A stretch of DNA of 63,788 nucleotides, filler included, from Lenisia limosa (GCA_001655205.1; 7 parts of 7 records of this genome joined end to end with filler, not necessarily neighbours in it); one strand, 5' to 3'. Positions 1-13,333 are shown, counted from the first letter of the whole stretch. Notes: generated by a model not told the origin, from the letters alone. Numbers and translations are program-made.

Positions 1-696
1 TTCCCCAACTTTTTTTTTCAATTTTGAGCAAGTGTCAAAAATCCGTGAATTTGGTCTCCCAAGGGTGGCCCCTTTTGCCTTTTCACGGGATTTTTTTCCA
101 GATCTATCCCTCTTTTAGGGTTAAGAAACAAAAAAACTGTACCCCTCGGAGTAATGGGTTATGGATTCCCCCTTGCTTTGGCTATGTAATGGTGAATTTT
201 GAGAGAAAAATGTTCAAAATAGTGCTTTCTACAGGTCAAACTTTCCCGGACAGTTGCCATTTATTCCTTAAATGTGGCCGATTATAACGGTTTTGGTTAT
301 TTTTGGCAGTTTCAGGCCGCAAACGGGTAGCCAAGTGACTTAATTTGGGTTTGAGCCAAGAATATGTACAAACCGCATTCAATCCTGTGATTATGACTGA
401 AATTTCTTTTGAAAATAACATGAAAATGAAGTTTATAGTACTTTTATAGGGAAAATTCAAGCTCGGGAGTTTTGATGTGTCCTGAGATTTTGAATGATGT
501 CCGGAGCTTTGACTATATAGTATATATATATATGTGNNNNNNNNNNNNNNNNNNNNNNNNNNNNNNNNNNNNNNNNNNNNNNNNNNNNNNNNNNNNNNNN
601 NNNNNCTTTTTCTAATATATTACTTGTCAGCTGTCTTGTGTTAATAGGTTCATATCACAAGTGTTATGTCACGAAATCTGTGTCGTACTCTTTCAG

Positions 697-826
697 TGCA
701 TGCTGCCACATTTCCTAACTTTCAGGGGGGCGACCGCGGTTCAGAAGACCGCCAGCGGTGGAGTAGGTTCTTATGTTTGTGTTTTTGTTTACCTTTTTCG
801 TTGTACAGTTTTGGTCTATTTCTTTT
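697..826 (+). CDS. Possible terminal exon(s) of a plus-strand gene lying mostly upstream or in the N gap
   Basis: GC-richer island following CAG acceptor-like sites (ttcag|tgcatg, ttcag|ggggcg) inside AT-rich flanks; no recognisable motif. Confidence 0.2.
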
Positions 827-949
827 TCTTCAATGTTGTTCATACATTTAGTGTTCCTTTTTCAATGTTTTGGACCCATGTACATACATATGGAGAAAGT
901 CAAAGAGAAATCATGCATAACATGAAATAGTAATAAAAAAACAAAGGAC

Positions 950-1026
950 TAGAGCTTAGCCTTGACAGCGACAAAGCGGAACTCCACACTCTAAGTCGTT
1001 ATTGCTGAGGTCAAAGGCTAGAACTA
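950..1026. repeat. ~77-bp imperfect hairpin (possible small MITE)
   Basis: Left end TAGAGCTTAGCCTTGAC versus reverse complement of right end TAGTTCTAGCCTTTGAC; lies just past the methyltransferase stop. Confidence 0.35.
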
Positions 1027-1049
1027 GTACTTAGTGTATATTATATCAA

Positions 1050-2735
1050 TCATATGATATGCCTCTTGGAACAGATGTCGAATAGCCCACCTCAGGCACA
1101 GTGGGAGTCTCGGGCCGATAGCAGCCACGCTTCATTAAAACGTCAAATGCTTCAACATTGGAGAAGTCGGCAGCATTGAGGACCTGATACAGTTAAAGAA
1201 GGTCAGTAGACAAATAGCTCACCTTCACTGCATCATCGTTTGTGTACCACTTATGCCCTGCAGAGTTAGAATAATCTAAATGCAGAGTGTTACCTTGATG
1301 TTTAAATCCCTCCTTAGTACCATGTTCGTGTCCATGGTGGTCCCCTTCGCCTTTTCCGTGCTTGCATTCACCCCTATTTCGATAAGAAAACCATGTCCGG
1401 ATGCCACTCACTTCATGCGTCTTGTAACATGGTTCATAGGGTCATCAGGATGGAACTGATCAGATTATCAGAGGAATGATTTGAAACAGCCAAGAATTAA
1501 AAATGGTCTTTGGTACAGATTTAGGGAAGAGACAAGCTTACAGTCATACAAAGGTCTGAATCAGGGCCATCATGGAAGTCGAAAACAAAGATTGTTCCTC
1601 CTGGAAATATATATAAAAAAAAACTTTTCAAAATAGCTAAAGTTCCTTGAGACTTATGTAGGTTAACAAGTCTAGTTATTATTATCCAAAAATGAAATTA
1701 AAATTACCTGGTTTTAAGTAGGTCTTCAGAACTGTCATGGTGTCAACAGCTGGAGGGTTAGCATTTAACACAAAGGCAAATGTTGATCTTTTAAGTAAAA
1801 AATCATTTCGACTATTGTTTGGAATAAGAGAAATTCAATCCTTCCTCTTCTGAAATCTCATTTGGGCACCCCTTACGTCTTGGAAGGTGGTGAATGACGA
1901 AGGAAGTAACAATGATGTCAACTTTGATATCAATTTGACCTGGCTTTTCAAGAAGAACCTAACATGTCAAATTCCAAAATCCAAACCACTTTACAAATAT
2001 ATTTGCTTTATATAAAAAATATGAACATCGTGCCCTCTGACAGGGAAACCCTCAAATTTGGAGGAAAGTCCGAGCTTCTTGGCATTTCTAAACTGTCAAA
2101 GTTCTGCACATACAAAGGGATTTTTGAGAGCCTTTCAACAATACCCAACAAACGCAGAGGAAACATCAATCATCTTTTGAGAGAAATCAACATTGAAAAG
2201 ACAAGCTGCGTTTGGGAATTCCTAAATAATAATAAGCCTTATATCAATCTGACCAACCACAAGACCTCACAAACCTTCGCCAGAGAAAACAACAGGTTTC
2301 CAGTTCCACCACCAAAGTCCATAATACTGCCGTTTTCAGGAAGAGTTATATGCTAAAGGATAACAGAAAACTATTTAAGGCAGTAATAAAATTAAAGTCA
2401 AATAGAAATATAAGCTGTAAGGTAGCTCTATATTCAGGAACAAGAGGCTACAAATCAAGCATCACCCTCATCACAAACCTTCTTCACAGTCTTTGCGAAT
2501 AGAGATGAGTATGCTATGACATCTTTGTGTTCTGACCAAACATCTGCCATATCGTCAAATCTAAAGAGTTGACATTTGTAAAAATCTGACTCCTTCTATT
2601 TAAGAAAACACTCATGTCATATAGTCATATGAAATGACGAAATATGACCAACTCTTCAGAATGAGCATTTCCAATGTAGAGGTCTTCACCGTGTTGCTTG
2701 GTGTCTGTCATGCTGTCGTCAATGCAATTATCTGC
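1050..2735 (-). CDS. Class I SAM-dependent methyltransferase (Methyltransf_11/25-like), multi-exon, 5' end runs into N gap
   Basis: Hand-spliced exons give FDDMADVWSEH, motif I IMDFGGGTGNLL, NVDFSQKMI, STFAFVLN..LKTYLKPG and GTIFVFDF; His-rich segment near the C-terminus; TGA at 1050-1052. Confidence 0.8.
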
Positions 2736-3127
2736 NNNNNNNNNNNNNNNNNNNNNNNNNNNNNNNNNNNNNNNNNNNNNNNNNNNNNNNNNNNNNNNNN
2801 NNNNNNNNNNNNNNNNNNNNNNNNNNNNNNNNNNNNNNNNNNNNNNNNNNNNNNNNNNNNNNNNNNNNNNNNNNNNNNNNNNNNNNNNNNNNNNNNNNNN
2901 NNNNNNNNNNNNNNNNNNNNNNNNNNNNNNNNNNNNNNNACCTCCACAGACACCAACGAAGTGGAGCTCTCCTGGTGTCTTGCCTTTTCATCAGCCTTGT
3001 CCACGACTCTGTATGTCAAGGCCACTCTGGTCCTGCTGTTATATTAATAAATTTATGAACGCCCCACATAGCCCAACTATCTTCATGTTCAGGATGTATG
3101 TAATTTGAAGATTCCAGCCCCTTCAAA

Positions 3128-5886
3128 ATGGTGAAGGATGGTGCCCAAAGGTCTACTCTGTATTTTGGAGAGCAAAAGGTGAGTTTTTGTCTGTTTTCGG
3201 GATTGGTTTGATATCCTTTACGACCAATTATTCCTTCTTCCTTCCCGTTTCCCTTTGGTATCAAAATGTATTGTGCATATTATGGACAACATCAATGCAC
3301 CTTTTAACATTTAAGGTTGAAGTTGACTTCTGTAAATGGATGGAAGTCCTGCTTTCCGAAAAACTGATTTGCCAGTAAGGAGACTTTGCGTTTATACAAC
3401 ACATAATGGACAATCATATTAGGAATTGCCCAATGACCACCAAGGAATGCTCCGCTGTCTTCTTTGGTCTTACCAGGCGCACACGACGCTGCCACTTCAA
3501 GCCTAACCCAGAACCGTGGGGGGATATGGAAAGCGCTAAAATGGCGGACAATTGCTTCGTTGTATTTCTCATCATTTAGTTGCTCCTGACATGAGAGCAT
3601 GGACTTGTTGGCTCCATATGATATTCTCTGTAGTAGGTCTTGTGTGTGCGGGGGAGGGAGGAGTTATATTTTCCTTTTTACTTTATCAATACAGTGTTTT
3701 ATTACTTGTAATACCAAAGAGGACTTCACTTAGTTCCAAAAAGACTTTTATTTATTTGACATGGAGCAAAGTGGATACCATTATCGCACATCATAATGGA
3801 CATGTTCCTCACGCCATTAGAAATGTGATACCGGACATTATTGGAACATGGTCCGACTGCCAGCAACTTTCTATTTCTAACATGGTTTGTGATACTTTAA
3901 AGGAAAGAACACTGAATTGTTATCGCTCTTCTTTTGACTAAGCCAAAATTGAACTAAACCTGTTGACATTACCGGTGGATTAGTTTTGCCTCTCCTTTTA
4001 CTTTTAGCTGGAGCACGGAGTACGTTATTTCGACTTGAGACTCACTCCAGATGAGAACGATGGTGGGAGGCGCTGGGCTGGGGTGGTCATCCAAACCTTA
4101 TAATATGGTTAGCCTCATAAAAGGTATATTATAATATGGATTGGAAGACCACCCCTACTTCTTGTTCCCTTTTACCCATAGAACTACGACTGAGTCACCG
4201 AATGATTGGGCCCTTTTTGCGCCCAATTCTGGCAGCCTTCCTCCGCTTTGTGGAGCAGTTCCCAAAAGAGGTTAACTGGAATTATTACGAGAAATATAAT
4301 GGGCTGAATGCAACGGATACGATAGAGGTGCAAAACTGTGTGCACGTTGTAAGGCAATTTCTTGGGTAGGAAAATCACAAATGCCTTCTTCAAACTTCAT
4401 GTTGTGGATGGTTCTGTCAGCCTTAAGTAGGAAATATTGATTCAACTCAATACACGTGCATAAATACATATACTGTAATTAGCTACATATTATATTCATA
4501 CGTTACTATAAGACCCTCATATCCGCCTCCAAGATCGCCTCTTTTTATACACTAGATTCTTATTTTGGACATTCAACACGTTACTGGGTTTCACTTTAAA
4601 CACCATCGCCAATTATGTGCTCTCATTGAGGACGTTCTAGGTTCGTCGGTATTGATTGGACAGAAGAACTCTTTTTACTTTTTTTATTTTTCTGATTTCC
4701 AGGTCTATTTTTAACCGACTAGGTGACTATCTTTTCAGACCAGAAGATTGTTCTTTTGAAGACCCTTTTATGGTAAGTTTACAAATCATTGCCCAGCAAA
4801 ATGAATGAATATTTATTGCTATTAGGCCCCAATTCGATCCTTCCGAGACCGACGCATTGTTCTCCTCGCGACAACACCATGCACAGCGGGTGAAGGATGG
4901 GGGTGTCCGATATCCGATGTCAACGGTCCGGAGTGGAAGGGCCTTTCTCGGTAACTTTGGTTGAAGCTTCTTATTACTAACGTTTCAGATTTTCCACCAT
5001 TCAAAGGGCGTCACAGTGTCATAAACAGTATTGGAAGCATAGATACCCTTGCTGCACTGGTGAGCGTTGTTTTATTGACTTGAAGTACATTTGATTTTCC
5101 GTTCATATATTTCTAGGAACAAACAGACACAATTGTCCCTATAAAGACAACAAAAGTAGGGAAAGAAGGCACGAAAACAACAAGTTGACTGGTTTTGGAT
5201 ATTTGACCACAGCTCAGATTTCACGCATTGTTGTTCGGAAGGACTTATTGCTAATTGCTTGGCTTGGAATCGCGACCCATTAGTGTCTTCCCCTTGGCCA
5301 AATTCAAGCAACCCGAAGAAGGTTGGTTACATTTTCAAGCTGTGTTGACTTTGAGGTGATTGAAGTGGGTGCCAAAACCGCGCGTGATAGTGAAGGTATT
5401 TGGGCTACCTTGGAAGATCGATCATTTCAACGGCTCTCTTTGTTGACATAATTGATTATTTAGATCGTCATGGACTTTCAATAGTTCAGTCTATCCTAAC
5501 CCCTTCACTTCCAATGGTCCTTTCTCCGTTCTTCCCAAATACAATGCGGTTTGCTTGTTAATCCTGTCAGTATCGTTCATTCTCTATCGATGTGTTTCAT
5601 TATTAACCACTGCGTCAACAGATGTTATTTGACCTCCAAGTGAAATGGCGAGTCTTCTTGCCAATCAAACCACACCTATCATGTTCTTCGAACCTGCCAA
5701 TGTACAGAGACTCACTACCCCATTGTAAGCGTTTTCTCCTCCTAACTAGTTAGACCGGAGTACAAAGTAGCGAAAAGAAGGGACGAGTGGAAAGGGGCCT
5801 GCTGTGTTGCCATGTCAGATTTCATTGAGGACACTTCCTTTGTTGCGGATTGCATAGCATGTTCAGCCTCACGCTCGCTTTCATAA
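3128..5886 (+). CDS. PI-PLC X domain-containing protein (PLCXD/bacterial-type PI-PLC), multi-exon; start uncertain
   Basis: Exons encode APLSSLVLPGAHDAAT (catalytic His, ~3447-3500), LEHGVRYFDLRL (~4008-4045), LSHRMIG..FVEQFPKEV, SPWPNSSN and C-terminal VAMSDFIEDTSFVADCI; TAA at 5884-5886. Confidence 0.85.
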
Positions 5887-5976
5887 CTTATTTAGTTGAC
5901 CTTTTGGAATGCGAAACAGATAAATTAAATAGAAAACATGAAACACTAAATATTAAATAGTGAAGGGGTTGGGTGG

Positions 5977-8900
5977 TCAGGTGCCAAAATTGATACCCTG
6001 AGCAAGGGGCAGGTCTTTGCCATAGTTAACTGTTGTGGTCATAAAAGATAACTTTGAGTACCACCCACTTGTACATGTGCCTCTTCTGCAGTACTGCTTC
6101 CAGGCGTCTGAGCCAGACTCCCTTCCTCCGCCCTGCAATTGGTAATGCGTTTTGGTATTTCTTCATTATATTTGATCAATTATGGAGTTTCTATGGTTGC
6201 TGTGATAACTCGAGCCGAACAACAATCATTTCCGCTTACGGTGGCCTTTTCCCCTCCGAAAGCACCGCCAATCTCAGCTCCTGAAGTAGCAATGTTGCAG
6301 TTAATAATGCCCGTGTCACTCCCTGGGCGATAAGATGCATAAGGTGGGTTACACCACGTCACACAGTCATGTTGGTACAATAAAATTGTCAAAAAAACAT
6401 CAATTTTGGAGAAGTTAAAACATGTAAGTCCCACCATTGGGTCCGATCCATTGGAACATTCTGTCAATTCGCTGGGTAAAGAGGGCTGATGACAGACCTT
6501 GAGGTACCCAGTTATTGATTTCAATTGCCTCTTCCATACTTTGGCATTTCATAACATGAAGAATCTAAAGAAGATGAAGATAAAAGCCATGGAGCATGAA
6601 GGGGAATAAAAGCACAGAATCGGTAGTCATTGCAGCAAACCGGTACGAAGAACTCCGTTTTTGTGATTTCAGCGAAAGGGGTAATCTCAACAATGCACGG
6701 CTCAACAAAGGTTCCTGGTCTATTGATTCGTTTGCCACCACAAAGAATCTAAGAATATTTGAGAGGCTGATCGTTTTATTTCCGTTTCCAAATTATAACC
6801 TCTTTGTTTATACAATATGATATGTAGAAATGCACACAACAAGTTGTCAAACCTTTCCGCCTTCTTTTTTTATTGATTCTAAGCCTTCCAAATACTGGGA
6901 AAGTGAGGGTTGAAATAGTGCAATAACCATGGGAGTTCGACAGCCAATTTACCTCCTTGACCGCAGCTTCGTTGTGGACGGGCCCTAAAAGGGTTTTGTC
7001 ATCCAGAGGCTCGCCAACTGGAATCGTGGTGTAGGCATTCAGCATCTTCTCCACAACTTTGTCGTACACCTATACAGTCAGAGCATTATTGCCCAGCCTC
7101 GGGAAGCCGTTTCTAATGGAAAAAATTTTTTTTATGTAAATGCTATGGGCTTGCTTACTACAGTACCAGAAAAGCCAAATGTCGTGATTTGATTTGACCC
7201 ACATATGAGCGAGTATTATTGAAGGAGTCAGGAGAAAAATGCATCCTTACTCACGTCCTCATGGATGATGAGCCGCCTCAGTGATGTACACCTCTGTCCT
7301 GCAGTGCCGACTGCTGAGAATACGGAGCCTCGCACCACCTTGGTCATAAATCTTTTCTTGCCGGCTGGCTTACCAAACATTTATCGTATAAAAATGGCAA
7401 TTAGAGAAGTCATTCCTCAGTCCACCAACCAAATCTAGGTCTGCATCTTCCATCACAACAACTGCGTTGTTGCCCCCAAGCTCAAGAATCGTTCGGCCGA
7501 ATCTGCACTATCACGCAACTCAAACACCACTTCTGAGCAGTATATAGCTGAAAGACAAACGCCCATTATTTCCAAACCTTCTATGGACTACTTCTGACAC
7601 ATGCTGGCCGACAGCTGTGCTGCCAGTAAATGACAACTGACAGGTCAGATAACGACGAGGAATTTTGAATTCAAAAAAAGAAGACTGTCAATTCTCGTGG
7701 TATTACAACCACACACCAGCTGGACTCTTTCGTCTTGAATCATGCGCTCTCCAACGGTTCCACCAGGACCAGTGACTGAACAAAACACTGCAGGGTCAAC
7801 ACCATTCTTGCGTAACACTGACTCGAAGATCTACAAGATCAATTGAAACACCTGGATGTCACTTGCACAAGGCCTACTTTGGTAACAGCAATTGTAACAA
7901 GAGACACCGATGACGCACCCTTCCAGATGCTGACGTTGCCGCAGACTAATGAGATGGCCGCGTTCCATCCAAGGACTGCACTATTTTATGAGTGCAAATG
8001 AATAGCTGTCACTCAAACGAAGGGTCTTTCAGTTGATAAGATTGTATTTTTTTGGGCAACTATAATAATTTTCATGGATCAGGATTTAAAAAACATTTTT
8101 TGAGTCACTTACCACGGGAAATTGAATGCTGAAATGATTCCTATGAGTCCCAGGGGGTTCCAAGTTTCGATAAGTTGGTGGTTGGGACCTGGGGGAATCA
8201 CAGAAAATGAATATTTAAGAGATGGAGGGAGCCCAAACCAACGTTCTGAAGGGATGTACTGTCCATTGAGAGAGCGGGATAACCCGACAGCAAAGTCGCA
8301 GATGTCCACCACCTCTTGAACTTCACCAACTCTGAAAATATCTCATGAATAATTGTACTATCGGATCCATTGTAGATATGAATGATCAGCTTACCCTTCA
8401 GGTTTAATCTTGCCCATTTCAAGCGAAATTACCGCTCCAACATCTTGCATATTCTCCCTAAATGCCTCACCAATTTGGCGCACGATCTCCCCGCGTGCAG
8501 GTGCTGGCATCTGGTGCTCATAACTTTTCAGAATTTAGCTAAGGTTCGAAAGAAATACAAATAGGTCATCCTCTTTTAGCACATTTTGTCTAATTAAATG
8601 GAGATTTACACGGAGCGGGGGGGGGGGGGNNNNNNNNNNNNNNNNNNNNNNNNNNNNNNNNNNNNNNNNNNNNNNNNNNNNNNNNNNNNNNNNNNNNNNN
8701 NNNNNNNNNNNNNNNNNNNNNNNNCAAGTCGGATAAATGCTGCAAAATACTATAACGGCCCATAACCCACAGAGGCCCACTGCTTGCGAGCAGCCAAGGC
8801 GTTGGTCACACATTCTTCATAGTCAGGAACGTCTCCCTTTTTGGTGAGTGAAATTTGGGGAGTATTGGAAGATAGTCATGATGTCATGATGTCTAAATTT

Positions 8901-9320
8901 GTCTGTGGATATATACCGCCTTTGACATGTACCGCCTTGACATGTACATGTGTGTTCACAGTGTGTTCATGTATATTATATAATCCCTCCTCTTGGTTCA
9001 AGTATCACGAAGGGTTGAGAAGAGACCCCTCCAAAAGGAAACTCTGCCTACCAGCTGAATTCTCGCAATTGACTCTCCAGTAGCCGGGTTTTTTGAAATA
9101 AAAGTTCTTCCAGATCCCGTCCAAGCCTTTCCATTGAAGCAGCCAAAGTTATCTTCCCCAAGGCCAAGCCTCTAGACTTGTAACAATTATAGAGTCCAAT
9201 ACATGTCTAGAATAATCCATAAACAATAAATAAATGAAGATTTAAACCGCAAACGTTATATAGATAATCCTAACCGCAGCAAACTTTGAGAAAAGGGTAT
9301 TTATTGAATGACAAATCCAT
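5977..9320 (-). CDS. ALDH7A1: Aldehyde dehydrogenase family 7 (antiquitin / alpha-aminoadipic semialdehyde dehydrogenase)
   Basis: [32 protein letters not shown]; [24 protein letters not shown]; [18 protein letters not shown]; LELGGNNA (catalytic Glu); [15 protein letters not shown] (catalytic Cys); [14 protein letters not shown]; [12 protein letters not shown]; [17 protein letters not shown]; TGA at 5977-5979. Confidence 0.96.
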
Positions 9321-9508
9321 CTATGAGTTCCCGTTATCCTCCGGTGGTTGGTTTCTCCACTCTCAGTCAAGCAGTCAAGCAGGGGAAGTGACCGAGGGCC
9401 AGCCAACAAAGTCGGTCAGTATTTCTCGGTACGCCATCTCGCGCAAACTCCACGCCACTTTTTCGGTGCCCGGTGCGTACTGGGAACAGAGTATACTGAG
9501 CGGGTTTT

Positions 9509-9582
9509 TAGAGATCTGGAGATCTGTCGCAGATCTGTCGGGGCTGTCGGTGTCTCTGTCAGAGATCTGGGGATCTTCAGAA
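9509..9582. promoter_or_regulatory. Cluster of AGATCTG/CTGTC motifs in the divergent intergenic region
   Basis: Four AGATCT palindromes plus GGATCT within ~75 bp between the ALDH7A1 ATG (9320) and the next ATG (9770); regulatory role is inference. Confidence 0.3.
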
Positions 9583-9769
9583 TCCCTAGGTTGTGGCTTA
9601 TTGTGTGTGTGTGGCCCCTTGACAAATTTATTAAACGCATTGCATTAATTTGATGCGCATTTAATTTTAATTGATTAAATCGGCCTGAATTCAATCACTG
9701 GCCCCTTAGTCCCCTCTGTATTAGTTTAGTGTCACTCACAGAGAGTGACGATTATAAATATTTGGACAT

Positions 9770-12700
9770 GAATACAATAGTGCTTTTGTCCCTTCTCTTA
9801 CTGACTTTCTTCAGGTTTGCATTCCTTGTGTTCTGTACTTTTGCTAAGCTTTTAGCTCTGCAGTGAATATTGGTAAAAACGGAGAGGCAGTGTTCGATGG
9901 GTTATCTACCACGTCACTGACTGTTGACGGAATTGCTCTCAATGGTGAGAGAGGACTTTTCATGATTTACGCATTTCAGCTGACAATGTTAACTCCAACC
10001 GCTACCTGACTCTTCAGCGTGATGCTATTGCTGAGGTATTGATGAGGTCCTCGTTTCCTTATTTCTTTAGGTTTACCCCCTAATTCTCCCAGTAAACTAC
10101 ACCTTAGAGGTAAGACATGGGTGTCTTTCACTCACCTTGTAGTTCTGGTTCAAGCTCAACGAGCCAGTTGAGTCGGCAAGCGTTGCCGCCATCCTCACTT
10201 ATACCTGCGTTTGTGACACTTTACATGGGCTTTTCTGACTCTGTAGAGCACAGGCGACAATTGCCTGACCTTTGTGGTCCGTAGTAACTGGCACTTGGCC
10301 GTAGTTATAGGAAGGGTGAGCTGGCTGTTGTAAAGACAACGGGGAGAAATTGGGGGTTGAAATTTGTTTTTGAAGAGGAAGCAAATACCTGTATTCAAAT
10401 TAATTACCAAGGGATTTCATTACTTTAAGCCCTAAGAGTTTCCAGACCGAAGTGGCAGTCCATCTCGAGACCCCCATTCTCGCCGGCCACTGGCACCACG
10501 TTGCATTTGCATTCGGCGCAGGGGTCAACCATCGCGTCTTCATTGGTGAGTCACCTCTCGAGTAGTCCTGCTAACCTGGTTCAGACTTCGTTGAGCGCTT
10601 GTCAGTGCCACCTTCCATTTCGAATGAGGTCACTTCCGGCGGCCGTCTGGTGTTGACCCAGGAAATGGATGGCTCCGTTGAAACTTTCGTGGGCCTGGCG
10701 GCGGATATGGTATTCCTTATATTTAAAGTCAAGGAATAATCATAATTGCCTATAATTTTTCTATTATTCTATTTTGGACCATTATTCTTTTATAGTGTAT
10801 TGTCCTTCATATACTGACCAATTAGTCATTTGACTCGAACCAAGCAGGATACATTTCAGTTGATGATTTCACCCTCATTAACTCCTACACTTCTGGTATG
10901 TCACCAATCATTTGATTTTTGCTTTATTTGAAGAATGGATATTAAAAATTCTCATACAAAAAAGAAAACCCAGATACTATCATATCGTATCATATTTATA
11001 TATTACTATAATATTTCTAATATATCATGTCATATGTCTATACAGTGACCGGGAAAATATTTTCCTTGGGAAATCACCTAGCAAATCGGCCAAGACTTAT
11101 CTCGGCATATTAGATGTGATATGGATATTTTTCCAAGTAATAATATTTAAGAACTGGTGTGCTTTAGAGAGTGTTGTTCAGAGAGCTGGCCTCAAAGTGC
11201 CTTGGGAATTTGCGAATACTCTTTACACTTCACGAGTGACAGTTTAGACGCAACTGTCCTGAAAAGTCGAGCCAAGTCCAAGACTGTTGACGTTGATGTC
11301 TGCTCCTCGGTTTAGAGGCCCAACTAAGTAATGTCAACTCACCTCTTTAGGAATCTGTCCTCTTCTTGTTCACGTTCAATATATCACCCAATGAAATTGG
11401 TCAAATCACTGTGGGTACCTTGATTTGCCCAAGCAACCTAACAAGTTCAGAGCCTCGGAAGCCAGGGTACACTGATGGAAATCAACCCCCACGGATTCAG
11501 CGGTATTGTTGAGAGAACGGTTGGTGGACATTGTTGAGAGAGCGGTTGGTGGAACCTCGTTTCTCAATTGTTTTGACTTGGCTTGGGATACTTTTTCCTA
11601 CACCTCTTTGACTCGTAGTTCTGTCCAAGTGGAGGTCATGTCTCTCGCTGTTTGGCGCCTGAAATGATGGCTACCCAGAAGCGTGAGCAGCGCCTTTGGG
11701 CATCTGTGAGCATGGTTTCATATTCTTCTGGATCCTTTTTTGGTATTCTCCCATGTTCTTATCCTTTTCAGAAGTTCAACTCTTTGATCAAAACTGCTGA
11801 CTTCTTCAACATGACCACTTCCTCGAACCACCGTAAGTTTCATTCTCGTGGAATTGTTATTTTGACCTGATAATTCCCTTCTGCAAATTTAGCACACTTA
11901 CGCCTTAGTCCCCGTCCAAGTCTTCCAAAGCCTTCGTGACAACTATGCACTCATGGTAGGTTGTCCAGCAAACGGTCATACTTATCGTATTAGGAAATTT
12001 CCAGCAGAATACCAGTTACAGAAATGACTCTTTGTGGCTGGGCCTTAAGAACCACCGACGAAGTTGTGAGCAAAGTGTCTACGCGGTTCTCAGTACTCAC
12101 TTCTTTTAGATTACAATGTCCCCATTCTCCTACGGTGATAACGCTGTCCATTTCAATGTCAACTCGGGTCAAGGTAAAATATTTTATGTTTGTTGGGGAG
12201 GGGAAGACCTCTACTTCAGAGCAAAACCTGTCACTCAGTAGGGCATCAACAAAGTTCATCAAGGCTACCCCTTTGTTATGGAGTCTAACCGCTGGTACCA
12301 TATTGGAGCAACCTGGAATAAGAGTACTGGTATGCGGTTTAGAACTGTTTAAGTTCCATGATACTTTTTTTTAGCAATAATTTCCCAATTAGTTGGAGTT
12401 AAATATTTTCAAAGCCTTGGAGAGCATGTTAGAATGGTGGCCTGATGAAATAGGAGACGCCAAGCTCTACATTGATGGTGTTCATGTTGATACTTTCGTG
12501 GCAGCCTCGACAATCGACCTTCATTCCACCAGCAGCGTCGTCACCATCGCCAATGTGGGGTTTACATCTTTTGAAAATGCACTCATTCTGTAGGAATTTG
12601 ACGGATCAACTCCTTCAGATTTCTGGAAGGGCTATGTATCAGGAGTGGGGGGGGGGAGTTTGATGATGCATATCAGCGTAAAGGAACCAATTAATCTAAA

Positions 12701-13309
12701 CTTGACTTGCCTCAACTGTTGTGTTAGATTCTGATTCTTCAGATTATGTTCTTCAACAAAGAAATGTCTGCTGAAGAAATGCTCTTCATCAAGGTTGGTA
12801 CTCTGGGGTATTATGGGCAGATTGCAATGTCTTTGACTGACGGTATAGAGCAACCATGTTCTCTACTCAGTCAACACTGCCCTCTCTCTCAGGTGGGGGT
12901 TTGGCACTTGAATGTTCTGTTGCTCTTGCTGGGTAGTCCTTTCAATTGGCCTTTTCTATTGCTGTATGCCATTCTAAGAAAAGCTGACCCTTCAGTTACC
13001 ACCAACGTTGGCTTAGCGAGTCGGGTACAATGTCCGGAATCGGCGCCATCGTAAGAACGGGTCTCATTGTGAAGAGCTGACTTACCGTTTTAGGCAAGTA
13101 TCACGTCCTCGTCCACCTTCGTCAAGAACTGTGCACCGTAAGAGGCGCAAAATGCCTTCATACTCCTTGGTAACACTTTTACCTCGTAGTAAATGCCTTC
13201 TTACTCCTTGCAACACTCTTACCCCGCAGTAACCATTGGCCCTGTCTGCTCTTGGAAGACATGTCTGTTGACATTCAAGATTGGTATAACCTCTAGTCTG
13301 TGTTTTTGA
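9770..13309 (+). CDS. Secreted protein with two pentraxin/laminin-G-like (concanavalin-like) domains
   Basis: Signal-peptide-like MNTIVLLSLLLLTFFS; domain 1 GHWHHVAFAF..HRVFI and GGRLVLTQEMDG..FVG (pentraxin-like GGxLVLGQEQD); domain 2 MTLCGW, AKLYIDG, MFFNKEMSAEE. The 3' end (13054 or 13309) depends on splicing of the last exons. Confidence 0.7.
11043..11108. mobile_element. Degenerate copy of 77-bp CAGTGACCG MITE (intronic)
   Basis: TA|CAGTGACCGGG start; interior TTTTCCTTGGGAAATCA..AGCAAAT.GG.CAAG matches the reverse complement of 21638-21714. Confidence 0.65.
13150..13231. repeat. 41-bp tandem duplication (2 copies)
   Basis: AAATGCCTTC(A/T)TACTCCTTG.. starts at 13150 and 13191; probably inside a late intron of the pentraxin-like gene. 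Confidence 0.85.
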
Positions 13310-13333
13310 AATATATGTATCATGCCGCAGAAG

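Noticed and set aside
13090-13262. Minus-strand mini-gene with 16-17-nt introns or a SPRY-like GIYYEVKV motif
   Set aside because: Produced by the 41-bp tandem duplication; better explained as intron and terminal exons of the plus-strand gene.
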